Below, piece by piece: positions 39,094 through 48,867 of a DNA stretch of 64,000 nt. The stretch comes from a virus: IMG/VR virus record IMGVR_UViG_3300031774_000001; one strand, given 5' to 3'. The stretch's first letter is position 1. The number at the start of each line of letters is the position of its first letter. The notes under the pieces are model-generated. The model was not told where the DNA came from. It did no database searches and saw only the letters and a program-made list of their open reading frames with translations. A program made the translations under genes and the position numbers.

Positions 39094-39803
39094 TGGATCA
39101 GAAAAAATCTAAAGTTGATATACACGTATTTAAAAGTGATCCTAAAAAATCTTTTTTTGCACCCGAGTATGATTACAGAATATTTGAAACTGAAGTACAA
39201 CAAGTTAATTGTCAAGAGTTAGCAAAACTTCTTTTAAGTAAAGAAGAAGAAATATTAAAATTATCTAAATCAACTGTAGCAGCTGGAGCTGTAAATGCTT
39301 ACACAGGACTAAAAGGTGAGAGTACAACACAAAGATTTGATAAGTATAATGTTTTAAAATGGGAAGATGAAAATATAAAGCATTTAAAAGGAAATATAAT
39401 ACACTTTCATAATGGAATTATGCAATACTTTAAACAACCAATTCCAAAAGAATTGTATATACAATGTTGGTATAATGTTATGCGTAAAGGAGAACAAATA
39501 AAAGCTCATTTACACGATATAGGAGCACATTGTTATTTAGGAGGTCATATTTGCGTACAGACAACAGATACTACATCTACTCATTATATCAATCCAATAA
39601 ATCAAATTAATGACCCTATGATATATAGTAGTAAAAATACAGTAGGTAAAATGACTGTATTTCCAAATAATGTACCACACTATACGGATGTATATGAAGA
39701 AGATTCAGAAAGAATAACAATTGCATTTGATTTATTTCCATTTAATCCAGAAACAATAAAAGACGGAAACTTACATTCAGGAAATTATTTAAAGATAGTA
39801 TGA
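39093..39803 (+). CDS. Putative 2OG-Fe(II) oxygenase (coupled ATG at 39093 preferred)
   Basis: WYNVMRKGEQIKAHLH, FP-x-x-VPHYT, RITIAFD. Confidence 0.7.
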   Translation: MDQKKSKVDIHVFKSDPKKSFFAPEYDYRIFETEVQQVNCQELAKLLLSKEEEILKLSKSTVAAGAVNAYTGLKGESTTQRFDKYNVLKWEDENIKHLKGNIIHFHNGIMQYFKQPIPKELYIQCWYNVMRKGEQIKAHLHDIGAHCYLGGHICVQTTDTTSTHYINPINQINDPMIYSSKNTVGKMTVFPNNVPHYTDVYEEDSERITIAFDLFPFNPETIKDGNLHSGNYLKIV

Positions 39804-41287
39804 AAAATGTAAGGTATCTTGTTATAGACAAAAAGGATGATGTCTATTTAAAGATAGAAGCAGAAGATTCCATTAGAAGAGAATTAGGACAACACTTTAC
39901 TTTTGAAGTACCTGGTTTTCGTTTTATGCCACAATTTCGTAATAGGGTATGGGACGGAAAGATAAGACTATTTTCATATGCAACTGGTCAAATATACGTA
40001 GGGTTATATCCTTATATACTTAATTGGTGTAAAGAGAATGAAATAGAAGTTGTTGATGGAACAAAGTTAGAAGATACTAAAGTAGATGATGATAAGGTAG
40101 AAAAATTTATTAATGCTCTTAAAATTCCTATGGAAGTAAGAGATTATCAGAAAGAAGCATTTACATATTCAGTTAAAAAAAATAGATGTTTATTACTATC
40201 GCCAACAGCTAGTGGTAAATCACTTATTTTATATCTATTAGTACGTTTCAATCTATTAAGACTACCTAAAAATAAGAAGATATTAATTATAGTACCTACC
40301 ACATCATTAGTAGAACAATTATATAAAGATTTTAAAGACTATGGCTATGATAGTAATAAAAATGTACATAGAATCTATGAAGGACATAGTAAGATAACAT
40401 CTAAAAGAGTAGTTATATCTACTTGGCAATCAATTTATAATCTATCAAAGAACTATTTTAGCGATTATGGTATGTTAATTGGTGACGAAGCACATCTATT
40501 TAAGGCAGTATCATTAACAAAGATAATGACGAAGTTAGTTAAGTGTAAATATAAAATAGGTTGTACTGGTACCCTAGATGATAGTAAAACACATAAATTA
40601 GTATTAGAAGGACTGTTTGGTGCAGTCAATAAAGTTACTACCACAACCGAATTACAAGATAGAGAACACTTAGCTAAACTTAAAATTTTCTGTTTAGTAT
40701 TACAATATGGTAAAGCACAAATAGATTTCTTGAAAAATAAAACTTATCAAGAAGAAATGGATTTTTTAGTTAGAAATGAGAAAAGAAATAAATACATTAA
40801 AAATCTGGTCACTAATTTGCAAGGCAATACTTTATGTCTGTTTCAGTACGTAGAAAAGCACGGTAAGTTATTATATGAATTAATTAAAGAAAAGGCAGGT
40901 GACCGACCTATTTTCTATATCCACGGAGGAGTGGAAGCAGATGAAAGAGAACAAGTTAGAGCAATTACCGAAAAGTCGGATGACGCAATTATTGTCGCTT
41001 CTTATGGGACGTTCAGTACTGGTATCAATATCCGTAATTTACACAATATTGTTTTTAGTAGCCCTAGTAAATCTCGTATAAGAAATTTACAATCAATAGG
41101 ACGAGGATTAAGACTAAAAGATAACAATTCACACGCAACGTTATATGACATTGCTGATGACCTTTCCTATGGCGAAAAAGAAAATTATACTCTACAACAC
41201 TTTAGAGAACGTATAAATATTTACAATAGTGAAGATTTTGACTATGAAATTCACAATATAGAATTGGAGAGAAATGGAAAAAGTTAA
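39800..41287 (+). CDS. uvsW: DNA helicase UvsW
   Basis: SPTASGKS, DEAH, TGT, QSIGRGLR. Confidence 0.95.
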   Translation: MKNVRYLVIDKKDDVYLKIEAEDSIRRELGQHFTFEVPGFRFMPQFRNRVWDGKIRLFSYATGQIYVGLYPYILNWCKENEIEVVDGTKLEDTKVDDDKVEKFINALKIPMEVRDYQKEAFTYSVKKNRCLLLSPTASGKSLILYLLVRFNLLRLPKNKKILIIVPTTSLVEQLYKDFKDYGYDSNKNVHRIYEGHSKITSKRVVISTWQSIYNLSKNYFSDYGMLIGDEAHLFKAVSLTKIMTKLVKCKYKIGCTGTLDDSKTHKLVLEGLFGAVNKVTTTTELQDREHLAKLKIFCLVLQYGKAQIDFLKNKTYQEEMDFLVRNEKRNKYIKNLVTNLQGNTLCLFQYVEKHGKLLYELIKEKAGDRPIFYIHGGVEADEREQVRAITEKSDDAIIVASYGTFSTGINIRNLHNIVFSSPSKSRIRNLQSIGRGLRLKDNNSHATLYDIADDLSYGEKENYTLQHFRERINIYNSEDFDYEIHNIELERNGKS

Positions 41288-41705
41288 AGCAAACATACGT
41301 ATAATCAAACTAGTCAATGGTGATGATGTTGTTGCCCATATGCCAATCGGTCCAAAACAACTACCAGAAAAATCTCCATTGCTTAGAATAGCAAAACCAC
41401 TACAAATTAAGTATATTCCTCAAATGACAGCTACTGGAATAAGAGATTATATTGCTCTTATTAAATGGGTAAATTATTCTCCAGATAAAGTTATTACTAT
41501 TCCGAAAGATAAGATAATGACTATAACTATGGCGTCGGAAGATATGACTCAAAACTATACAACTTTAGCAAATGATTATGATAAATTAGACCAACCGAAA
41601 AAGGCCAAAAAGGGTGACTTTATACAAGAACAAATTTCGGTGGAAGATAATGAATTATTGAACGAAATATTTAAAGATAAAATAACGAAGAGAACGCTCC
41701 ACTAG
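41274..41705 (+). CDS. Conserved T4-like hypothetical protein (Sm-like fold; related to 62428-62757)
   Basis: IIKLVNGDDVV start motif; TATAAATA at 41212-41219 upstream. Confidence 0.55.
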   Translation: MEKVKANIRIIKLVNGDDVVAHMPIGPKQLPEKSPLLRIAKPLQIKYIPQMTATGIRDYIALIKWVNYSPDKVITIPKDKIMTITMASEDMTQNYTTLANDYDKLDQPKKAKKGDFIQEQISVEDNELLNEIFKDKITKRTLH

Positions 41706-41880
41706 TTACTTAAAGCGGTCTCCAACGGTCTACATAGACCATTATATACAAAAAACGTGAAAAGTCAAGTGCCATTCAAATCTAAAAAACTCGCCCATAT
41801 TGCTAAACAATGGCAGATAGGAGAGATTATTCCTGTCAAAAAACTATCTAAAGCAATTAAAAGATTATTACGTCATAGCA

Positions 41881-41909
41881 TTGACAAAGACAAAAAATTG
41901 TAGTAATAT
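41881..41909 (+). promoter_or_regulatory. Sigma70-like promoter for gp55
   Basis: TTGACA-N17-TAATAT. Confidence 0.6.
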
Positions 41910-41918
41910 GTAATCATT

Positions 41919-42455
41919 ATGCCAGGAATCAGAATTAAAAAAAAACCAGAACATTATGTAAATAATAAGGAATTCTTACACGCAATGATAGACTATAGAA
42001 AGTCTGTTAATAAAGCGAAAAGATTAAAACAAAATAAACCACCAGTACCAAATTATGTTGGTGAGTGTTTTTTAAAAATAGCCAATCACTTATCCTTTAG
42101 ACCAAACTTTATAAATTATACTTATAGGGATGATATGATAAGCGATGGTATTGAGAACTGTTTACAGTATCTTGATAATTTTAATCCTAAAACATCTAAC
42201 AACCCCTTTGCTTATTTCACACAAATTATCTATTATGCCTTTGTACGGAGAATACAGAAAGAAAAAAAACAAACAACTATTAAACACCGTATGATTCAAA
42301 ACGCAAACTATGATGATATGACATTGCAACCAGGAGAAGATAGAGAGTTTAAAAATCAATTTACAGAATTTCTACAAAAAAATCTTCCGCAGGAAGAACC
42401 AGTTAAAAAAACAACAACTAAAAAAAAGAAAAAAGTAATTAAGAAGAAAAAATAA
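41919..42455 (+). CDS. gp55: Late sigma factor gp55
   Basis: HYVNNKEF, RPNFINYTY, DGIENC, NPFAYFTQI. Confidence 0.95.
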   Translation: MPGIRIKKKPEHYVNNKEFLHAMIDYRKSVNKAKRLKQNKPPVPNYVGECFLKIANHLSFRPNFINYTYRDDMISDGIENCLQYLDNFNPKTSNNPFAYFTQIIYYAFVRRIQKEKKQTTIKHRMIQNANYDDMTLQPGEDREFKNQFTEFLQKNLPQEEPVKKTTTKKKKKVIKKKK

Positions 42456-42457
42456 TT

Positions 42458-44026
42458 ATGAAAAGTGATAAGATTTTAATAGTCGGTGGAGGTTCTGCTG
42501 GCTGGATGACGGCGGCGACTTTAATTAAAGCATTTCCAAACAAAGATATTACAGTAATAGAATCACCAAATATACCAACTGTTGGTGTTGGTGAAAGTAC
42601 AATATCAAAAGTTAAACAATGGACTAAATTTTTAGGCATTGATGATAAAGAATTTTTAAAACATACAGATGGCACTATTAAGTTTAGTATTAAGTTTACA
42701 GACTTTAATGGAAAAGACGAGCCAGCATTTCATTATCCTTTTGGTCCTATTAAAATAGAAGGAACTCAATTAAATTATAATGACTGGTGGATGAAAAAAG
42801 AATTTTATCCAGAAACACCTGTTTCAGATTATGCTGATAGTTTTGCTCCTAATATGGCATTAGTTAATCAAGGTAAAGGTGCTTTTAACTTTCACGGTTT
42901 TGAACTTGACCGAGATTCTGCTTATCAGTTTGACGCAACTAAATTTGGTCTATGGTTAAGAGACCATTATTGTTTACCAAGAGGTGTTAAACATATACAA
43001 GAAGATATTATTGATGTGCCTACAAATGAGAATGGTATTAAATGTGTAGTTACAAAAACATATAGTTACTACGCAGATTTATTTGTTGATTGTACAGGTT
43101 TTAAATCAATGCTTTTAGGTGGTGCATTAAAAGAACCTTTTGAAACTATAAAAAATCTACCAAACAATAAAGCGTGGGCGACTAGAATTCCTTATGTTGA
43201 TAAAGAAAAAGAAGTAGAATGCTTTACCAATTGCACAGCAATAGAGAACGGTTGGGTGTGGAACATACCATTGTGGAGTAGAATTGGTACAGGTTATGTT
43301 TATTCAGATAAATTTGTAGATGATGAAACTGCTTTAAAAGAATTTAAAAATCATTTAGCAAAAGTAAGACCTGGATTTAATAAAGAAGAACACGAATTTA
43401 GAAACATTACAATGAGAACTGGTATACACGAAAGATTATTTGTGAAAAATTGTGTTGCAATAGGACTATCTGCTGGATTTATTGAACCATTAGAGAGTAA
43501 TGGTTTGTTTTCAGTACACGAATTTTTAATGATGTTAGTAAGAAATTTAAGAAGAGGTGAAATTACACGTTGGGATAAAGATAACTTTACGTTTGCTTGT
43601 AAATCTATCTTTAAAGGATTTGAGGAATTTGTTGGGTTGCATTATGCATTGTCAACAAGAAATGATACACCATATTGGAAAGCAAATAATGAAAAAGTAT
43701 GGGAAGAAAGTTTATATACTTTTAAACCTAAAATTATGTTAGGATATTTACAAGCTGCTTTACAAAGAAATATGGCGTCGGAGTTTCCTGTTGATCCTAT
43801 GGATAGACCAGGTAAATATGGATTGCATTATATAGCAGCTGGTTTAAATTGGTGCCCAATGGATTTACCTAACTTAATAAATCTAACACATAAGAGTGAA
43901 CAAGAAATAAAAGAACGTATGGAACCATTTATAAAGAAATTAGATGAACGTAAACAACAATGGAATAAAGAAGTTGAAAAGTTTCCAAGTTATCACGATT
44001 TTATACAGGAGAATTATTACAAGTGA
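42458..44026 (+). CDS. Flavin-dependent (tryptophan-halogenase-family) halogenase
   Basis: GGGSAGW, GVGES, TIKFSIKF (catalytic Lys), WVWNIP (WxWxIP), FIEPLES. Confidence 0.9.
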   Translation: MKSDKILIVGGGSAGWMTAATLIKAFPNKDITVIESPNIPTVGVGESTISKVKQWTKFLGIDDKEFLKHTDGTIKFSIKFTDFNGKDEPAFHYPFGPIKIEGTQLNYNDWWMKKEFYPETPVSDYADSFAPNMALVNQGKGAFNFHGFELDRDSAYQFDATKFGLWLRDHYCLPRGVKHIQEDIIDVPTNENGIKCVVTKTYSYYADLFVDCTGFKSMLLGGALKEPFETIKNLPNNKAWATRIPYVDKEKEVECFTNCTAIENGWVWNIPLWSRIGTGYVYSDKFVDDETALKEFKNHLAKVRPGFNKEEHEFRNITMRTGIHERLFVKNCVAIGLSAGFIEPLESNGLFSVHEFLMMLVRNLRRGEITRWDKDNFTFACKSIFKGFEEFVGLHYALSTRNDTPYWKANNEKVWEESLYTFKPKIMLGYLQAALQRNMASEFPVDPMDRPGKYGLHYIAAGLNWCPMDLPNLINLTHKSEQEIKERMEPFIKKLDERKQQWNKEVEKFPSYHDFIQENYYK

Positions 44027-45081
44027 AAATAGCACTATTAAATGATACACACTTTGGTTGTCGGAATGATAGTCCGCATTTTGTACAGTATCAAGAACGA
44101 TTTTATGATGAAGTATTTTTTCCATATTTAAAAGAACATAACATCAAGACATTAATACATTTAGGTGATGTAGTTGATAGACGTAAATTTATAAACTTTA
44201 AAACGGCGAATTTCTTCCGTCAAAAGATTATGAAAAAGTTATGGGAAGAAAAGATTGATACACATATTATATTAGGTAACCACGATACTTATTATAAGAA
44301 TACAAATAAAGTAAATGCAATTACTGAATTATGTACAACGTATGATGGTCAAAATGAACCTTGGATATATGCAAGTCCAAAAGAAGTTACCTTTGATGGA
44401 TTGCCTATATTGTTTATGCCTTGGATATGTGATGATACGTATGAAGAGTCTTTATATGCTATTGAAAATTCAAATTCTGAAATATGTATGGGTCATTTAG
44501 AAATTAAAGGGTTTGAAATGCATAGAGGACATATGAACGAACAAGGATTAGATAAATCAATGTTTCATAGATTTGAAAAAGTTTTATCAGGACACTTTCA
44601 TAAGAAATCAGATGATGGTCGGATATATTATTTAGGAACACAATATGAAATTACTTGGAATGATTATAAAGATCCAAAAGGTTTCCATATTTTTGATACA
44701 GATACTAGAGAGTTAACTAGAGTACCTAACCCTATAAGAATATTTAAAAAGATAGTATATGATGATACACAAAACGATTATAATACGTTAGACATATCAA
44801 GATTTGATAATAGTTATATTAAACTGTTTATATCTCAAAAAACAGATGAAGATATGTATGATAAGTTTATCAATAGGTTGTATAGTACATTAAATATACA
44901 CGAACTAAATATATTTGAGGACACTAGTGATGTAACTGCTAGTGTAAAAGAAGACTTAATAGAACAAGGTGAAGATACACTTACATTTTTGGGCAAGTAT
45001 ATAGACCAACTTGATACAGACCTTGACAAAAACAAATTAAAAGAATATACTAAAGAACTATATGGAGAAGTAAATCAATGA
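44023..45081 (+). CDS. gp47: Recombination endonuclease subunit gp47 (Mre11/SbcD-like)
   Basis: DTHFG, HLGDVVDRR, GNHD, GHFH. Confidence 0.95.
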   Translation: MKIALLNDTHFGCRNDSPHFVQYQERFYDEVFFPYLKEHNIKTLIHLGDVVDRRKFINFKTANFFRQKIMKKLWEEKIDTHIILGNHDTYYKNTNKVNAITELCTTYDGQNEPWIYASPKEVTFDGLPILFMPWICDDTYEESLYAIENSNSEICMGHLEIKGFEMHRGHMNEQGLDKSMFHRFEKVLSGHFHKKSDDGRIYYLGTQYEITWNDYKDPKGFHIFDTDTRELTRVPNPIRIFKKIVYDDTQNDYNTLDISRFDNSYIKLFISQKTDEDMYDKFINRLYSTLNIHELNIFEDTSDVTASVKEDLIEQGEDTLTFLGKYIDQLDTDLDKNKLKEYTKELYGEVNQ

Positions 45082-45935
45082 GCTTAGATGATAAAGAAAT
45101 GAAACAAATGGTTGATAGTATTAACCAGGGACAGTTTCAAAATAATGACCAATACTCTTATAACTTTGATAGAGATAAAACTAATATTGATCCAAATGAT
45201 CCAGTACCTACTAAAGTTGAAACAAAAGGACATTTAGCTTTTGGTCCTTATGTTGCTTATTTTAAAGTACATCAAACATTTTTAGATGGACTTTTAGCAA
45301 GAGGTAATGCTAGACCAAAAGGTTCAGGAAATAGTAGACTAGCAGGATTATTAGGTGACCAAAGACGTTATGGTGATGAAGATAAAGAGTGGTACATAAG
45401 ACACTTTCAACCATACATAAATCAATATGTTGAAGGACATTGTGACTTTGTTGGACAACAATATAATGAACAACAATTTTCAAAAAATTTTACATTAATG
45501 GATGTGTGGATTAATTTTATGAAAGAACGTGAATATAATCCTCAACACTCTCACGGTGGACAATTTTCTTGGGTTATATATTTAAAAACACCAGACATAA
45601 CAGAAGAAAGAAAAGCATTTAAAGGAACTGGTTTAGGTCCTGGAGTTATAGGTTTTCATTACGGTGAAAATCAGGCACCAAAATGGGCGGAACACTCATA
45701 CAAATATGAACCAGTAGCAGGATATATGTGGATATTTCCAGCACAGTTAAGACACGAAGTATTACCTTATCAAACACCAGGAGAAAGAATAAGTGTGTCA
45801 GGTAATTGTTATATGAATCCTCCTAATCAAAGAACAACATACATAAAAGAAAAAGATACACCACAACCTTATATGGGATTAGGCAATCCTAAAAGTGAAA
45901 GAAAAGAAAAATACGAAATATCTGGTAACGGTTAA
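45078..45935 (+). CDS. Putative 2OG-Fe(II) oxygenase
   Basis: WINFM...YNPQHSH, SWVIYL, IFP-x-x-LRHEV, RISVSGN. Confidence 0.78.
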   Translation: MSLDDKEMKQMVDSINQGQFQNNDQYSYNFDRDKTNIDPNDPVPTKVETKGHLAFGPYVAYFKVHQTFLDGLLARGNARPKGSGNSRLAGLLGDQRRYGDEDKEWYIRHFQPYINQYVEGHCDFVGQQYNEQQFSKNFTLMDVWINFMKEREYNPQHSHGGQFSWVIYLKTPDITEERKAFKGTGLGPGVIGFHYGENQAPKWAEHSYKYEPVAGYMWIFPAQLRHEVLPYQTPGERISVSGNCYMNPPNQRTTYIKEKDTPQPYMGLGNPKSERKEKYEISGNG

Positions 45936-45954
45936 TAAGTTTTAGTTTTATATT

Positions 45955-47670
45955 ATGATACAGTTTAAGAGAATATCTTATAAGAATTTTTTATCTACAG
46001 GCAATGTTCCAATAGAAGTAGATTTAAGAAAATCACAATTAACATTAGTTATAGGAGCAAACGGAAGTGGTAAGTCTACTTTGTTAGACGCATTATGTTT
46101 TGCTTTATTCAATAGACCATTTCGTATTATTAAAAAAGACCAAATGGTTAATACTATTAACAATGGTGGTTGTGAGGTTGAGTTAGAATTTAACGTAGGA
46201 CCAAAAGAATATAAAGTTATAAGAGGTGTTAAACCAAACATCTTTGAAATACATTGTGATGGACAATTAATGAGTCAAGACGCAAGCGCAATTGATTATC
46301 AAAAGTATCTTGAAAACAATATTATGAGGTGCAACTATAGGTCGTTTTGTCAAGTAGTATTATTAGGGTCTTCTTCTTATATGCCATTTATGAAAATGAG
46401 AGCAAGTTTCAGAAGAGAGGTTGTTGAAGAGATTTTAGACATAAGAGCCTTTAGTAGAATGGATACTATATTGAGTGGTCAACAAAGAGAATTACAGAAT
46501 AAAATAACAGAAACCAGACATCAATGTGAGCTTATAGAAACCAAGTACCAGACTGAAGCTAAGTACTTGGATACTCTTCTCCATAAGGATATAGACGTCC
46601 AAACGCATAAAAATAGGGTGCTTGAGAAGAATACCAAGGATAGACTAGAATATGAGAACAAGGTAGCACAGCTCAATAAAGATATAGATTCGGCAAAAAA
46701 TTGCATACAAGATAGACATATAGTTGATGATAAATCAAAGCAATTATCCAAGATAGAAGCGAAGATTGAAACTAATTTAGAAAGACATAAGAAGTCTTTA
46801 AAATTTTTTGAAGAAAATGATGTGTGTCCAACTTGTACACAACCACTATCTACAGAATTTAAACATCAAAAATGTAATGAAGAGAAAAATAAGATTAATA
46901 CTTTACAAGATGGTATGGAAAAGTTATTAAAAGAACTTGTAAATATGGGTGAAAAAATAAATGAATATGATAAAGTAGCAGATAAGATTTATAATTTAAG
47001 TGTTGATTTATCAAAAGTAAATACATCATTAGAAGGTCTTAAAAATCAAAGTGATAATATAGAAGAAGATTTAAAAGTATTTACAAATAAAGAAGAAGAT
47101 ATAGCAAATATTAGAAAACAATTAGATGAAATGAAAGACCAATTAAGACATTGTAAAATAGAATTAGATAAAATTGTTGAAGAGAAAATGTATCAAGATG
47201 TATTAAGACAAGTATTAAATGACAAAGGCGCTAAGGCACAAATAATTAAGAAGTATATACCTATAATGAATCAATTGATTAATAAGTATCTACAAGCAAT
47301 GGAGTTTTATGTATCATTTCATTTAGATGAAGAGTTTAATGAAACAGTTAAGAGTAGATATAGAGATACATTTAATTATAATAACTTTAGTGAAGGTGAA
47401 AAGATGAGAATAGATTTAGCATTGTTATTTACTTGGAGAGATATAGCTAAACTTAAAAACTCTACTAATACAAATTTATTAATACTAGATGAGATATTTG
47501 ATTCAAGTTTAGACCTTGCAGGAACAGATGATTTCTTTAAAATAGTACAGAAATTATCAAACGAAAATGTCTTTATTATTTCACATAAAGGCGATATATT
47601 ATTTGATAAATTTACAAACATAATTAAGTACAAAAAAGACCAAAACTTTACAGTACTAGATAGGATATAA
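45955..47670 (+). CDS. gp46: Recombination ATPase gp46 (Rad50/SbcC-like)
   Basis: GANGSGKS, CPTC hook, FSEGEK signature, LILDE, ISH. Confidence 0.96.
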   Translation: MIQFKRISYKNFLSTGNVPIEVDLRKSQLTLVIGANGSGKSTLLDALCFALFNRPFRIIKKDQMVNTINNGGCEVELEFNVGPKEYKVIRGVKPNIFEIHCDGQLMSQDASAIDYQKYLENNIMRCNYRSFCQVVLLGSSSYMPFMKMRASFRREVVEEILDIRAFSRMDTILSGQQRELQNKITETRHQCELIETKYQTEAKYLDTLLHKDIDVQTHKNRVLEKNTKDRLEYENKVAQLNKDIDSAKNCIQDRHIVDDKSKQLSKIEAKIETNLERHKKSLKFFEENDVCPTCTQPLSTEFKHQKCNEEKNKINTLQDGMEKLLKELVNMGEKINEYDKVADKIYNLSVDLSKVNTSLEGLKNQSDNIEEDLKVFTNKEEDIANIRKQLDEMKDQLRHCKIELDKIVEEKMYQDVLRQVLNDKGAKAQIIKKYIPIMNQLINKYLQAMEFYVSFHLDEEFNETVKSRYRDTFNYNNFSEGEKMRIDLALLFTWRDIAKLKNSTNTNLLILDEIFDSSLDLAGTDDFFKIVQKLSNENVFIISHKGDILFDKFTNIIKYKKDQNFTVLDRI

Positions 47671-48260
47671 TGACAGAAGAAAAAAAGATAGATAAAATTT
47701 TAAAACTTGTACCTCCTAGTGATCCTAGAGTTAGGTCAGCAGTAGCACCTTTTACAGATGATATGTTAAAGGAACACGATTTTAAAGATAGAAAAGAACT
47801 GTCAGAAGAAATGTTTAAATCAATGGCAAGATATGGTGGTATAGGTTTATCTGCTAATCAAGTAGGTTTACCATTTAATATGTTTGTATTAGGTAATCAT
47901 ATATCATTAGAAAACGGTTTAAAAATGACTTGTTTTAATCCTATGATAGTTAGTACAAGTGAGGAAACTGTAATGATGAAAGAAGGTTGTTTGACATATC
48001 CTTTCTTATTTTTAGCTATCAAAAGACCTAGAAAATGTGTAGTAAAATATACAGATGAAAATGGTGATTTAAAAGAAGGTAATTTAGATGGTATGATAAG
48101 TAGAATATTCCAACACGAATATGAACATATGTTAGGTAGAAATTTTACTGAACACGCAAGTAAAATGAAACTAGATATGGCAGAAAAAAAGGCAAAGAAA
48201 CAGTTTAAAATCTGGCAAAAAACTATGGCAGCTAGACACGGAGAAATGAAAAATGATTAA
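47670..48260 (+). CDS. def: Peptide deformylase
   Basis: GGIGLSANQVG, EGCLT, QHEYEH. Confidence 0.93.
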   Translation: MTEEKKIDKILKLVPPSDPRVRSAVAPFTDDMLKEHDFKDRKELSEEMFKSMARYGGIGLSANQVGLPFNMFVLGNHISLENGLKMTCFNPMIVSTSEETVMMKEGCLTYPFLFLAIKRPRKCVVKYTDENGDLKEGNLDGMISRIFQHEYEHMLGRNFTEHASKMKLDMAEKKAKKQFKIWQKTMAARHGEMKND

Positions 48261-48867
48261 AGTAGTAAAAGATTTTTTACCACAAACTCTTTTTAAATTT
48301 ATGAAAGATTATGTTGAAGACGAAAAAGTATCTTGGAAATGGCAAGATAATTCAACATATCATAAAGATACAGCAACGGTTAAAGCGGATGGAAAGTTTA
48401 AGTTTGGTAAAACAATATATACACACCCTGCTTTAAATCCAGATAATAAAGAATTTATAAATGAAAAATATATGTCTATATTTGGAGTGTTTGTAGACTT
48501 TCAAAACGAACATCAAAGTCATAAAACAGAACATTTAATTAAAATGAAATTAAATTTATATCCAAATGAAGGTAAACAAGTACAACACGGAACACATAAG
48601 GATATATATTCTGCTCATATTCCTTTGAGTCCAAAACATATGACTCGTATGGGTGAAGATGTTTTAGATAAAACTACCTTAACTTCTGTATTTAATTTTC
48701 ATACTTGTAATGGTTATACTTGTATTGGAAAAGAAAAGATACCATCTGTTGCTAATCAGATAGTAATATTTAATCAAACTGAACATTATGGAGTTACTCA
48801 ATCAGATATTTCAAGAAGAATAGTATTTAATATGAACGTAAGTGTAAATGAAAAAACTAACAAATAA
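48253..48867 (+). CDS. Putative 2OG-Fe(II) oxygenase
   Basis: KLNLYP...HKD...CNGYT...HYG...RIVFNMN. Confidence 0.7.
   Translation: MIKVVKDFLPQTLFKFMKDYVEDEKVSWKWQDNSTYHKDTATVKADGKFKFGKTIYTHPALNPDNKEFINEKYMSIFGVFVDFQNEHQSHKTEHLIKMKLNLYPNEGKQVQHGTHKDIYSAHIPLSPKHMTRMGEDVLDKTTLTSVFNFHTCNGYTCIGKEKIPSVANQIVIFNQTEHYGVTQSDISRRIVFNMNVSVNEKTNK

Noticed and set aside
41706-41918. Possible 40-50 codon GTG-start ORF or ncRNA before gp55
   Set aside because: No SD or motif, it overlaps the gp55 promoter, and there is only one short hairpin (GGTCT-ACAT-AGACC). Not enough support.
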